Shown piece after piece: positions 50,780 to 63,594 of a stretch of 64,000 bases of DNA. The position numbers were made by a program, and so were the translations under genes. Location of the stretch: positions 13,890,001 to 13,954,000 of the forward strand of contig NC_086109.1 in assembly GCF_963921235.1 (NCBI RefSeq), given 5' to 3'. How positions within the stretch are numbered: position 1 is the first letter of the stretch; every line of letters starts with the position of its first letter. The stretch comes from Mobula hypostoma. Lineage: Eukaryota. Below the pieces are notes generated by a model that was given only the letters and a program-made list of their open reading frames with translations, made no database searches and was not told the DNA's origin.

Positions 50780-53700
50780 ATATTATTAATGTACCTAACT
50801 CGTATTCCATATAGTGACCACTGCCTGTCAATTTGAATCACCGTGCCCCCCCCCCAGGTTCCTATTAAATATTATCTCCTTGTACCTTAAACCTATATAT
50901 CCACCATCTATACACCTGACTTCACTGGGGCCTATAGTGACACCATTATACACTATACTTAATTTCACACAAGATGACTACCAGGGCAAGCTTGTGGCTG
51001 GCTGGAGAGTCCCACGTAAAGACCAGGGTGAAGAGCGGCAGAGAGACTGAATGTGCTCGACTTTAGTTTGATGTAATGAGATTTGTCAATGGCAACTTGC
51101 TGCTCGTGGCGCCTTTTAACAGAACATTACGAGAGGCTTGGCAAAACTTGGATCAAAGCAGATTCTACAAGAATGCATCAGGACAGGTGGGCAAAGGTAA
51201 GGGGGGCTTTTATGGAGTTATCTGATGGGGGGGAAGTAGAATCCTGACATTTATGGGGGGGGTAATTATTTTTATGGAGGAGTTATAAACCTGAATTCAT
51301 AAAACATCAAGAAGTATGCATTTGAGCACAGAATGTTCTGCTGAACCCATTCAACTAATAATTAAACTAGCCTCTGCTGCCTACACAATGTCCGAAACTC
51401 TCCATTCTATGCTTGTTTATGAACTTATCTGAGAATCTCTTTTTAAAAAAAAAACCTGTCCTATTTGCCTCCGGTACTATCCCTGGCATTCCAGGAAACC
51501 ACCACATTGTGTTTTACTGAAGACCAATTTGCCTCGTATGTCTCCTTTGAACTTACCTTCTCTCACCTTCAAAGCATGCCCTCTAGCATCAGCTGTTTTG
51601 ACCCTGGGATCATGTGTCAGCTGTCGGCTCTGTCTATGCCTCTGTCAGTTCTATAAACTTCTATCAGGTCTCCGCTCAGCTTCCACCGCTTCAGGAGAAA
51701 ACAGCCCCAGCTTGTCCGATTGTTCCTCAGGCCCTCAGGGCGCTTCTAAGTGTTATTTCCGCAACACACACACAAAATACTAGAGCGAGTCAGCGATCAT
51801 AAGACATAGCAGAGTTAGGCCATTCGTCCCACTGAGCCTGCTCTGCTATTCAACCATGGCTGATCCCTTTCAACACCTCTGGAGGGAAGTGAACAGTTGA
51901 TATTTTGGGCTGAGACTCTTCATCAGGATTGGAAAGGAAGAGAGAATTGGTAGAATAAGGAGGTGGGGAAGGAGTACAAGTTGACAGGTGATAGCTGAGA
52001 TTGCCTGAGGGGGAAATAGTTCCTTCCTTCTCAGTAGCTTTCTGCCTTGATTATATTACTAAAATGTTTCCAGGCTTTTTATTCCAGCACAATGATAAAA
52101 CCACAGATTTGTTTTTTAGCAGACAATATTGCCATTGCTTTGTGTGTAACATCAAGCTTCACCTATCATTATGGAACCGGTTTATCATATAAAGCCTTGT
52201 ATCTAAGGTAGTCATTGCATTCCCAGGTATTACAAATACCGATAGAAAATATTACTGTTTATACAAAAGGCTGGAATCCTCTTTGCTGGGGCTGGCACAT
52301 TTCAAGTGACCTCTGGAGGATGTGAGGTGTTGTAGTTTTGTCAAGTTGCATCTACACAGGGGACACTCCCATCCCTTCAGTCCCACAGTCTCTTTGCCCT
52401 CCTACGGTCAGGCAGAAGGTACAGAGACTATAAGAACAAGGATTGTTATTCTGGATATCATCTTCTTCCCGCCTCCCCCCCCCCCGCCCCCCAGAGGCTG
52501 TGAGACTTCAGAACACCCTGTCACCCCCCAGTACACATCGCTTATGGCAGTGCTAGTGGCATTATACTGGTGTATATTTAACTGTATGCACTTTATGTCA
52601 ACTTGTGCATCTACAGAATACATTTTTTAGTCAGTTAGTATTAAGTAACGTTATTTTATGTGCTGTGTTTTGCACCTTGGTCTCTGAGGGACATTGTTTC
52701 GTTTCACTGCGTACACATGCATGGTTGAATGACAGTAAACCTGAACTTGGAAATGAACTGTGCCCTTGAGGAGATGGGGATGGGTGCATCACCACATCAA
52801 AATCTCCTCAGTCTCTTTCTGGAGCCCCACTTCCTAACCATGGGAAGGATTTGGCCAATTGAACCTAAACCAAATCCTTTGTGGAGTTACAGAATAATCC
52901 CAGTTTCCAGTACAGAATCGGAAGTGCATAATTCCAGCTCCCATTGAAAATTAGTATTGAACCCAATCTTGAGTTGTACATTGCAGATCACTCCATGTCT
53001 CTCAGTCAAACCCCTCCAGGGTATTGACCAGTTTGTGAAGACTGGAATAGAAAGCTCCGGAATGTACAGCACTGACCCATCTAATTCCCATTCAACTTCA
53101 TTTATTTATCATGTGTACAGAGAAATTATAGATTGAAATGCGTTGTTTGTGTTAACACCAACACAATCTAACGATGTGCTGGGACAGTGCCACCACACAT
53201 TCCACCACCAACGTGGGATGCCTACAGAGGTCAGCAGGACAACACAACTCCAACCTCCAGACTCGCTGACACAGGAGCCTTGACCATCATGCCATGACTT
53301 CTGGACTTACTGACTTTGGTTTTTGATCTTCAGGCTTGGACCTTTGGTATTGACCCCAGGACTCTCAGATCACGGGACTTTGAATGCTGAACAAGTGCAA
53401 TTGTTTCCCTTCTCTACCAACTTCCTGCCACCCGTCCCTATCAGTTCGCAACCCTATTTCCACATTACTCTGTCCTCTTTATCACTGCCAGTTTCTGTGG
53501 CACCTCCTCTGATGCAAGTTCCCACTGCTCTCTGGGTCAAGAATATTTGCTTTCTTTATCAATTACATTTAAATCAGTTTATTACTGAGATACAATGAAA
53601 TATTTCTGTTTGCATGCTGTCCAGATAAATCATTTTACACATAGGTACATTGAGGTAGTGCAGAAGGGCAGGGGAAAGAAACAGATTGCAGAATATAACG

Positions 53701-53857
53701 TTACAGTTAATGGAAAAAAGTGCAGTACAGGTAGATAAGTGTAAGGTCTATGACAAGATAGATTGAGAGATCAAGATTTCATCTTTATCAGATGAGAGCT
53801 CTGTCTGAGAGTATCAGACAAAAAGTGGGATAGAGGCTGTCCTTGAGCCTGCTGGTA

Positions 53858-54445
53858 TAAGACCATAAGAGGTAGGAGCAGAAGTGGGCCATTTAAACCA
53901 TTGAGTCTGCTCCATCATTTCATAATGACTGATCCATTTTTCCTCTCAGCCCCAACCTTCTGCCTTCTCCCCATATCCCTTCATGCCCCAACTAATCAAG
54001 AATCTATCAGCCTCTATATTAAGTATACCCAATGACTTGGCCTTCGCAGCTGCCTGGGGTAACAAATTCCACAGATTCACCACTCTGGGTAAAGAAATTC
54101 CTCCTTGTCTCCATTCTAAATGGACGTCACTCTATTCTGAGGCTGTGCCGTCTGGTCTTGGACTCCCCCACCATAGGAACCGTCCTCTCCACATCCACTC
54201 TGTCAAGGCCTTTCAGCGTTCGATGACTTCAACGAGATCCTCTCCCCCTAATTTTTCTGAATTCCAGTGAGTGCAGGCCCAGAGCCATCACACACTTTTC
54301 AGCTGTCAAGCCTTTCAATCCCAGAATCATTTTGAACCCTCTCCAAAGTCAGAACACCCTTTCTTAGTTCAAAGCTGCTCAGAATACTCAAGTGACGGCT
54401 CACCTGTGCCTCACAAAGCCTCAAAATTACATCCTTGCTTTTGTG
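53858..54445 (-). mobile_element. CR1 3' fragment
   Basis: taagaccataaga tail; aaattccacagattcaccactct (RVVNLWN antisense). Confidence 0.8.
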
Positions 54446-55697
54446 TTCTTAAACCTCTGTACCTTCTGCCCGGTTTGGGGGGGTGGGGTGTAGAGAATGA
54501 GGTGGGAGGAGTTCTTGAGTACTTGGTTGGCTACTTTCCAAAAGCAGGGGGAAGTGTAAATGGAGGAGAGGGATGTTCTGAAATTAATTGGGCTGCGCTC
54601 ACAGTATACAGCAATTATTTTTCAACCCTCATGTATTTATTAAACAAATGCCTGGGACCTGTTAGTAATTTAGATGTTTCCTGACTCCCTTCTTGTGTTG
54701 GAAGTCAGCACATGGTTTTCTTGGGTGCTTTGTTTTCTGACTCTTGTCTGTCTGATTGCCTCTTCGGAGAGGGATGAGAACCCCCTTCTCTTGGGACTGT
54801 GATCCATTGGAAATCTCCAGGTGCTGCAGCATTAAGTATGGTCACGACCGAGAACCAGAAATGTTTTCATAATGGGCAGGGTAGTAAAAGCCCGGCAAAG
54901 GAAGAGTGGAGTTGAGGTAGAAAGTTGACAATGAGCTCAAATTCAAGTGCACTTGTCGTTCAACCATACACAGGAATACAGCCAAATGAAGCAGCGTTCC
55001 TCTGGTGCCAAGATGCAAAACACAGCTCCAGAAGATGCACACAGCACACGTAGCACAAATAATTATGACAGCAGAAAAACGTGCAGATACAAAAATAAAA
55101 TAATTTGTACGGACATGATGATGATATGGTCCAAGTCACCGAGTGCCATGCCCTGCAGCTTGATGGTGCATGGGATGTTGTCCTGGAGCCACGTCTCTGC
55201 AAGAACAAGTCGTAGCAGCTCCTCATATTGTACAAGTACAGCCGCAGACGAGCACAATTCAGCTTGCCTTCCACTGAGCGAGCACTGGAGGGCAGCGCCG
55301 ACGGGAAAGGGCCAGCTCTGAGCCCAGTACGGAGTCCAGCTGCGCAGAGCCAACCCTAGCATTTCCTTCGGTGACAGGCAACCCCAAAGTCATAGGGGTC
55401 CTCGTCCGCTCAACAACTGAGGCAGTGCAGCTCCCTTGCCATCGGGCTCACAGTGTTCTACGTTGCCGATGTCCAACAGGGTCTTGCTATCGTAACAAAA
55501 GCATCCAAGGCGATCACCCTTGCCATCTGTTGGATAGCGCTCTGCGTACCACCTCTGATGCCGCCTTCCCTGAGTGGCTGAAGCAGCCGCAGCACAGTGC
55601 CCCGCAAGTCCAACTGCGCCCCTATTCAGCAGCTCACTAGAGGGGTAGACCTGCAGTATTTAATGTTCTTGATATCCAGCAGTGTCTGGTGATCGTA

Positions 55698-55890
55698 AGG
55701 CACGGCAGCGTAGTGGTTAGCACAATACTTTTCCTTACCAATGACCTGGGCTCAATTCCCTCAGCTGTCTGAAAAGGAGCTTGTACGTTTTCCCCGTGAC
55801 CATATGGGTTCCTCCAGGTACTCTGGTTTCCTCCCACAGTCCAAAAGTGTACCAGTTGATAGGTTAATTGATCATTGTAAATTGTCCTGT
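55698..55890 (+). mobile_element. V-domain (HE1-like) tRNA SINE, interrupted
   Basis: ggcagcgtagtggttagca A box and V core; tail resumes near 56196. Confidence 0.75.
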
Positions 55891-56195
55891 GGAGCCAGCT
55901 GGTGGTGCAATGACATCAGCGCTGGACTCTGGAACGGAGTTTCCCGGGTTCGAATCCAGTCGGGGCCGCTCCCGAGTACGCTTTCCATCCATGCCGGGTT
56001 TGAGTGTCAAGATCGCAACTCGACCTCGTAAAATAAAGGGAAAAATACTGCGAAGTGTCTGTGTGAGGAGTGGTGCGCCGCACAGTCTCTCTCTCGCTCC
56101 GCACCTTGTAAAGGTATGAAAAAAGACATTGTCCTGCCAACATTGCACACGCACGGACGCACATGCACAGACGCACATGCACAGACTCACATGCA
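55891..56195 (+). mobile_element. Distinct tRNA-derived SINE, CpG-rich
   Basis: A-box-like tggtgcaatga, B box gggttcgaatcc, 3' tandem 14-mer (gcacagacgcacat). Confidence 0.7.
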
Positions 56196-57299
56196 CCTAT
56201 TCCACGCTGTAAATAAATGGGAGCTACATTCCCATTTATAATGAATAAATAATTTTTAAAAAAGACATAAAGGATGAATAATTGGACCCAGAGAGGTCAC
56301 CGCGTCCAAGCGTGCGGTCATCTTGCCGCTTATTCATAAGTCCACCGGGGAAATCGAAGGCGCAGTGTCTGTGAATCCAGGGGCCTGTTGGTGGCTGGAG
56401 GCCAAAGAGGATGGGCTGTCCTGGGGTAAGAGGATTGTGTACATGCGTGGGAGGGAGGAACGGGGCTTGTTTTTCTGTTGTCGCTTCATCACTTGGTATG
56501 TTCTGGGTTGCTCCGCCAAGTATCGCGAGCATGCTATGTCGGCGCCGGAACTTGTAGTGGCATTTTCGGGCTGTCCCCTGCACATCCACCTGTGTGCTGG
56601 TTGTGAATGCAAACAACGCAGTTCCCCGTATATTTCGATGTACGTGCGATAATCAAATCTGAATCGGGTGAAACGAACACAAGGATATGTGAGGGCCTAT
56701 ACACTTTCGGATCGTGTGCTGCTTCTGCCTCGAAGAGGTGGCCCTCCCTCCAGCTGGAGTTGACCTGCAGAGTGCACTGGACAGCTTTAATACCCCGGCT
56801 GATATCCTGACTCGTGTCACCTGTCACCATGTAAACCAGAGAACGAGCCCTTTAGTAATCCTTATTTTCCACTCCATTTAGCTAATGATGAAGACTCCAG
56901 TGAAAGTCTTTAGCTCCAATTAAAACACTTAATTCCTTATTCCAGATCAGCTAATAATAATTTTATTTAGTGCTTTTCATACGGAGGATGTAGGTCAAAG
57001 TGCTTTAAAAATACAAACATGAAAATAAAATTAAAAATAGAAATAAAAAAAACATGAAAATAAAGACAAAAAGGTGTTAGTTAACAACAAGGTTAAATAA
57101 ATAGGTTTTGAGTTGGCTTTTGAAAGTGTCAACTGAGTTTGCATCCCTTATAGTTTTAGGTATTGAATTCCACAGCTTAGAAGCGTAGCTCAGAAAAGCT
57201 GACCTACCAATTATCTTTTGAGGGAGATTGTTTAAATTAAAGAGACCAGCATAAGAAGATCTGAGAGCTTGAGTGGGATTATAAAACAAAAATGATTCT

Positions 57300-58180
57300 T
57301 CATAGTCATACTGTACTGATCCCGGGGGAAATTGGTTTTTGTTACAGTTGCACCATAAATAATAAATAGTAATAATACCATAAATAGTTAAATAGTTTCA
57401 GTACGCTGGATAAACTTCACTTCACTGAAAGTGTTGCTTTGATCTTTTACAGCATCTGCAGATTATTTTGTGTTTACAATAGTTAAATAGTAATATGTAA
57501 ATTATGCCAGTAAATTATGAAATAAGTCCAGGACCAGCCTATTGGCTCAGGGTGTCTGACCCTCCAAGGGAGGAGTTGTAAAGGTTGATGGCCACAGGCA
57601 GGAATGACTTCCTATGACGCTCTGTGTTGCATCTCGGTGGAATGAGTCTCTGGCTGAATGTACTCCTGTGCCCAACCAGTACATTATGTAGTGGATGGGA
57701 GACATTGTCCAAGATGGCATGCAACTTCGACAGCATCCTCTTTTCAGACACCACCGTGAAAGAGTCCAGTTCCATCCCCACAATATCACTGGCTTTACGA
57801 ATGAGTTTGTTGATTCTGTTGGTGTCTACTACCCTCAGCCTGCTGCCCCAGCACACAACAGCAAACATGATAGCACTGGCCACCACAGACTCGTAGAACA
57901 TCCTCAGCATCGTCCAGCAGATGTTAAAGGACCTCAGTCTCCTCAGGAAATAGAGACGGCTCTGACCCTTCTTGTAGACAGCCTCAGTGTTCTTTGACCA
58001 GTCCAGTTTATTGTCAATTCGTATCCCCAGGTATTTGTAATCCTCCACCATGTCCACACTGACCCCCGGATGGAAACAGGGGTAACCGGTCCCTTAGCTC
58101 TCCTCAGGTCTACCACCAGCTCCTTAGTGTCTTTCACATTAAGCTGCAGATAATTCCATGATATACTCGGGTCCCATTCC
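57300..58180 (-). mobile_element. Young Rex1/Babar LINE 3' fragment nested in the L2
   Basis: ORF 57539-58057 (YKYLG..DNKLDW..KKGQSRLYFLRRLRSF...KSFLPVAI). Confidence 0.9.
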
Positions 58181-58623
58181 ATCCAGAGCTTTAAAACAAG
58201 TCAGAGAAATTTAGAATCGGTGCTAAGAGATACAGGAAGTCAATGTAGAATCGCTAGTACGGGAGTGATATGTTCCCCCGTCCTGGTTTTGGTTAAAAGT
58301 CCAACAGTGGTGCTCTGAATGAGTTGAAGTTTATTAATAGACCGCTTTGGAAGGCCAGTAAAACATGCATCGCAGTAATTAGTCTATTTGATATAAAGGT
58401 GTGAATTAATTCAGCAGCATCATTACATGACAGAAACAAATGTACCTTTGCAATATTTCTTAAGTGTAGAAATGCTGCTCTGGTTACTTTCTTTGTGTGA
58501 GACTTAAATCTGAGTCAAAGATAACACACAAGCTTGTTACTTCTGATTTGACAAGAGGAGCCACATTTATCAAGAAATTTATCTTTTGGCTTTGTGATCT
58601 CTAAAAGATTTGTTTTATCTTCA

Positions 58624-58812
58624 AAGTTGCTGGTGAACGCAGCAGGCCAAGCAGCATCTATAGGAAGAGGCGCAGTCGACGTTTCAGGCCGAGACCCTGT
58701 CTCGTCCTGAAACGTCGACTGCACCTCTTCCTATAGATGCTGCTTGGCCTGCTGCGTTCACCAGCAACTTTGATGTGTGTTGCTTGAATTTCCAGCATCT
58801 GCAGAATTCCTG
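58624..58812. mobile_element. Penelope-derived hairpin insertion
   Basis: 75-bp inverted arms spanning 58621-58773; 14-bp TSD ttgttttatcttca at 58610-58623 and 58813-58826. Confidence 0.85.
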
Positions 58813-60814
58813 TTGTTTTATCTTCATTTAGTTTTAGGAAATTATTGCTCATCCATTTGTTTATTGCAGCCATACCAGATGTCAGAGAAGATAGGGTGTT
58901 ATCATCAGGCTAAACTAAGATGTACAATTGTGTATCATCTGCATAACTGTGGAAGTTCAATTAGGTCTCGTAAGGGGAGCATGTATAAGGAGAAGAGCAA
59001 GGGGCTAAGACAGCTTCCCTGAGCAACGCCAAAAGGTACTTAGTATCTCTTAAAGAATTGGTCTTCAAGACAATTCTCTGTAAGGTATATGAACAAAACC
59101 AATTAAGGGTACTACCAGAGAGGCCAACCCAGTTCTCAAGGTGGTCGAGAAGAATGCTGTGGTTATTTGTGACAAAGGCTGTGCTTAAATCTAGAAGAAT
59201 TAGAATTGAGACTCCGGCGGGAGTGCTGAGACTAAGGTCACTGAGGGCTGTCTCCATGTTGTGGTCTGTTTTAAAACCTGATTGAAACTTTTCTAGAATA
59301 TTGTTCTCATTCAGAAAGTTGTTGAGTTGGTTGAAAATGAATTTCTCAGGAAGGGAAGATTTGATTATAGGCCTTAGTTAGCTAGCACCTCACTGTCAAT
59401 GTTTGACTTTTGAAATAGTGAATGGTTTGACAACCACAGTATTGAAGGCATTTGGGAAAATTCCAGTTTCAGGGGATGAGTTAATAATTTTCATAACAGA
59501 ATTGAAAACACTGTTAAAAGAACCTTTAAAAAGTGTGGTAGGGACAAGGTTGAGATAGCAAGTAGACGATTTACTCTTTGTTACAATCTTATGAAGTTCT
59601 GATTCAGAAATATTGTAAATTTTGACTTGGTTGCTGTCTTTTTAAGAGGTTGGTTGTAGCTGTACTCTCCCTAATGGAAGTAATTTTGTTGATTTAAAAA
59701 TACTGCGAATTCCTCACATTTTGCAACAGATGCTTGACTCAACATTACAGGATGGGTTTCAACAGTTGGTTTATAGTAGAGAACAATATTCTTGAATCAC
59801 CACTATTCTCTGTAATGATCTTGGAAATATGGGCTCTTCTTTCAGAGCGTAAAGCAGTGTTAAAGGAACTCAGTTTTCCCCTGAAAATATTACGAGGGAG
59901 TCCTGGTCCAGTTTTCCTCCCATTTTCTCTCAGCTACTCCGCATGATGTCTTGAGTTCGCGGACAGAATTGTTTAGCCATGGTGATGTTTTACTAAGTGA
60001 TTTATTTTTAATCCTAAGTGGGGCCACTCTGTTTAATATATTTGTCAAGTTATTGTTGAAAGAATCAACAATTTTATTTACTGAGAAGTCACATGGGTCA
60101 GATAAACCCGCCAGATCTCAAAGAATTTGAGTTAAGTTACAGCATCAAGAAACAGTTCTTTAAACTGTAATTTTTTTATGGTCTTGGTTCCCAGCAGGAG
60201 GGCATCAAAAAGTGCACAAAAACCTAGTCTGTCTAGTAAACTCATGAATTCACCTGCCATAGAATTTGTATTTGAGAGATCAATAATATGAATATTGAAA
60301 TCACCAGAGATGAGAATCCTGTCATAGTTCAATATAATAGAGGGTAATAATTTTGAGAATTCCAAGAGAAAGCAGCTGGATTTAGGAGGCCAATAAATGA
60401 TAACACAGCCAACAGGATCTGTACCACAAATTTTAAATGTATGTACATCAAAACTTTTAAAATTGTTGACAGACAGTAGATTGTGCCTAAAATTCTATTT
60501 AAAAAGCCCGCCACCTCATCCTCTGGGCTTTGGTACGCTGAAGCTGTTAGAGCCAGGGGTTACACAGCTTGGATAAGTGGCTGCAATCATTTGGCTTTAA
60601 CCAGGCCTCAGCTAAAAAAAATATATAAAATCAAGGTCTGTAGAGTTAATAAAATCATTGAAGTTAAAAGTCATGTTTGAAAGGGATCTCGCATTTGGAA
60701 GGGCTGCTTTAAGCAGAGTAGCTTGGAGTGGTGCAACCGGGGAGGTAGATTTTAAGGGTAGTTTATTGCTGTTGACCCATTGAGTAGGATAGTTAAATCT
60801 GGGCACCCTTCCAA

Positions 60815-61088
60815 TATTTATTTATTTATTGAGCTGCAGCACGGATTAGGCCCTTTGAACAGTGCCGCCCCGCAATCCCCCAGTTTAACCCCAGCCTACC
60901 CACGGGACAATTTACAATGACCGATTAACCTACCAACTGGTATGTCTTTGAACTGTGGGAGGAAACTGGAGTATCTGGAAACCCATGGCCACGGAGAAAA
61001 CATACAAACTCCTTACAGGCAGCTGCGGGAATTGAACCCAGTTCGCTGGTACTGTAAAGCATTGTGCTAACCACTACGCGACAGTGCT
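60815..61088 (-). mobile_element. V-domain (HE1-like) tRNA SINE
   Basis: (TTTA)n tail, antisense V core, ggaattgaaccc...gctaaccactacgc head. Confidence 0.8.
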
Positions 61089-61264
61089 GAATAGTCTGAA
61101 TAGGATGGGTATCATTTACAGAACTGGTGGACGGTGAGAACATAGTTAGGGAAGGATCACACACACACCACTAATTGTAAATGGTCATACCCAGGGTTTG
61201 CCAAAGTGAAGTGGAATATGTTTGCACACAGCATCTGTAAGCCCTTACTGTTTGGCTGAAGATT

Positions 61265-62151
61265 CATCATCATCATCAGGTGCCATGCCCAGTTTGAGCT
61301 TTGACTACCATGGCCCACACACTGCTGTTTCAGGTCAAGTGGATCAATTCATTGGTATTCATTTCCAATTCTCTGGCTGCTGTCTCCATCATCATTTGTC
61401 TTTGTCTTCCTCTTGCTTTCTTCCCTTCAATCTTTCCCATAATTACCGTGCATTCTAACTCATCTTTCCTAATCACATAGCCAATGAAGTTACATTGCCT
61501 TTTCATGATTTCGTACATTATTTTTCTTTTTGTGTTTGCTCTGTTCATGACATGCTCATTAGATATTATTTCATCCATGATATTCTTTGCATCCTCCTCA
61601 AAAACCACATCTCTGCTGCTACAATTCATTTCCTCATTTACTAGATATTTTCCAACATTCTGAGCCATACAACATAACTGGATAAACGTAACATTTCAAT
61701 ACTCTGAGGCGGGTTGTCATGCCTAGTTTAGTATTGGTCAGTATACTCTTCATTCTTGTAAAGGTGTCTTTTGCCATCCCTATTCTTCTTTTGATGTCCA
61801 AATTGCACCTGCCACCTGATGTCACCCAGCCTCCTAAGTAGCAAAAGTTCTGTACTTGTCTTATGTCTTCCCCATTTATTCTCAGCCTGCAGATAGGATT
61901 CTCCTTCTTTTTGGATATCACCATACATTCTGTCTTTTTGCAATTGATAGATAGACCCATTTTTGCACTTTCTTCAACAATTATATCAATTAAGTTTTGT
62001 AGTTCTTCTTCCGTACTTGCAATTAACACTGTGTCATCTGCATATCTGAAATTATTGATGTTTTCACCGCCAACTTTGATTCCCAAGATGGCTCTTATTT
62101 TTTGTAATACTGTTCCACTGTACACATTAAATAAATCAAGGGAGAAAACAG
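61265..62151 (-). mobile_element. 5'-truncated RTE LINE, same family as 1120-4217
   Basis: ORF 61634-62212 with FRYADD, (CAT)n tail, 11-bp TSD ggctgaagatt at 61254-61264 and 62152-62162. Confidence 0.92.
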
Positions 62152-63594
62152 GGCTGAAGATTATCGGGTTTGAAAAACGTGGGGTTTTCCCAAAATGGGT
62201 TAAGATTGTCAATGTTGCTTACGTTCAGTGATCTACATGGTGTCTGAAGCCAATAATGCAGGCTGAAGAAATTCTACAATGCCCAGAGCTGCAACCCAAT
62301 GTGTGAATTGGACATAGGAGCCGAATTAGGCAATTCAACCCATCATCTGCTCCACCATTCTATCATCGCTGATTTATTATTGCTCTCAATCCGATTCACA
62401 TGCCTTCTACCTGTAACCTTCGACACTCTTAACTAATCAAGAACCTGCCTCCCACCCCACCCCCCATAACTTCTGACACCCTTACTAATCAAGAACCTAT
62501 CAACTTCTGCTTTAAAAATACCCAATAACTTGGCCTCCACAGCTGTCTGTGGCTATGAATTCACCACCCTCTGGCTAAAGAAATTCCTCCTCATCTCGTT
62601 CTAGAGAGATGAGTAGACTCTCACATTCTGTATGAATTAGAGTTGCTGTAGATTCCATCCTGCTGAGGTTCTTGATGTTTACCTCACAGACAAGACTTTC
62701 ACTTGTGTGTGGGCAGTCTGCAGATGAGAACTCTTCCTCACCACCCCCCCCCCCACCTTTCACATGGTAAGAATATTCCTCCTTAAAGCTGCATTTCAGA
62801 TCTAACCACTGTAATTTCAAAATGACATGGTAGGACCTTACAGATCCTGCAATTGTTTGGCATATTACCGCATGGCAAAAAAAAAATAATGGCAGAAAAA
62901 TGGCATTAGTGGTCCTTTTTGGAATAGAATCTCAGAAAATTTACAAAGGATGAGGCCATTCTTCTCATCCAACCGTGCTGGCCAAAACAGACCTCCCAAG
63001 CCTACTCACAGTTCCCAGTACCGTAGCTCTACGTGAACTTTTCTTGAAGTGCGCATCCGAGTACTATTGTAGTTGCGGTGTGGGTATCTACCTCCACTGT
63101 GTCGGCTGGAGTTTCAGACTCCAACCTCCCTCTGGGTAACATTTATTTTTCTTCTTATCTCCTCTAGTTATTACACCAGTTTAAAACTTTATCCCCTGTC
63201 TCTTTAGACCCCCTTAGCAAGAGGAAACAGGCCTCTACCCAGCCGTCATGATTGTAAATACCTCCATTAGATTTCGTTCATCTTCCTTGCTGGGCGAGAA
63301 CAGCACTGGAGCAAAGTTTTATACAGTATGAGGTGGGATAAAGAGGGAAGAAAGGACAATATACACCTATATTTATTGTGCACATGAAGAAATTATATTT
63401 AAATGGTACTTTTCTGTATCTTGGGATCCTACCATCAATTCCCCAACCAATGTTACTATGGTAACTAGGTTAGTCAGAATCATCCAGCACAGAACTGAGC
63501 TATTAGCTCAGTGACCATTGATTTCCATCTTTTACATGTATCCTAGGATTATTCCAATTTTTTTTTGGTCCCCATGGATTTGGGGAATGCTTAC

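Larger units (their letters stand above)
56960..60760 (-). mobile_element. L2-clade LINE, near-full ORF2, heavily degenerate, with nested insertions
   Basis: Endonuclease motifs (NARSLSN, SGDFNIH), RT motifs (ETAL..LILLDLSTAF, NFLKLNEDKT) and C-terminus (RSAF..KLWNSIP..FKSQLKTYLF) in the correct order. Confidence 0.85.

Noticed and set aside
55891..55965. Possible tRNA gene
   Set aside because: No complete cloverleaf or oligo-T terminator; it continues into a SINE body.
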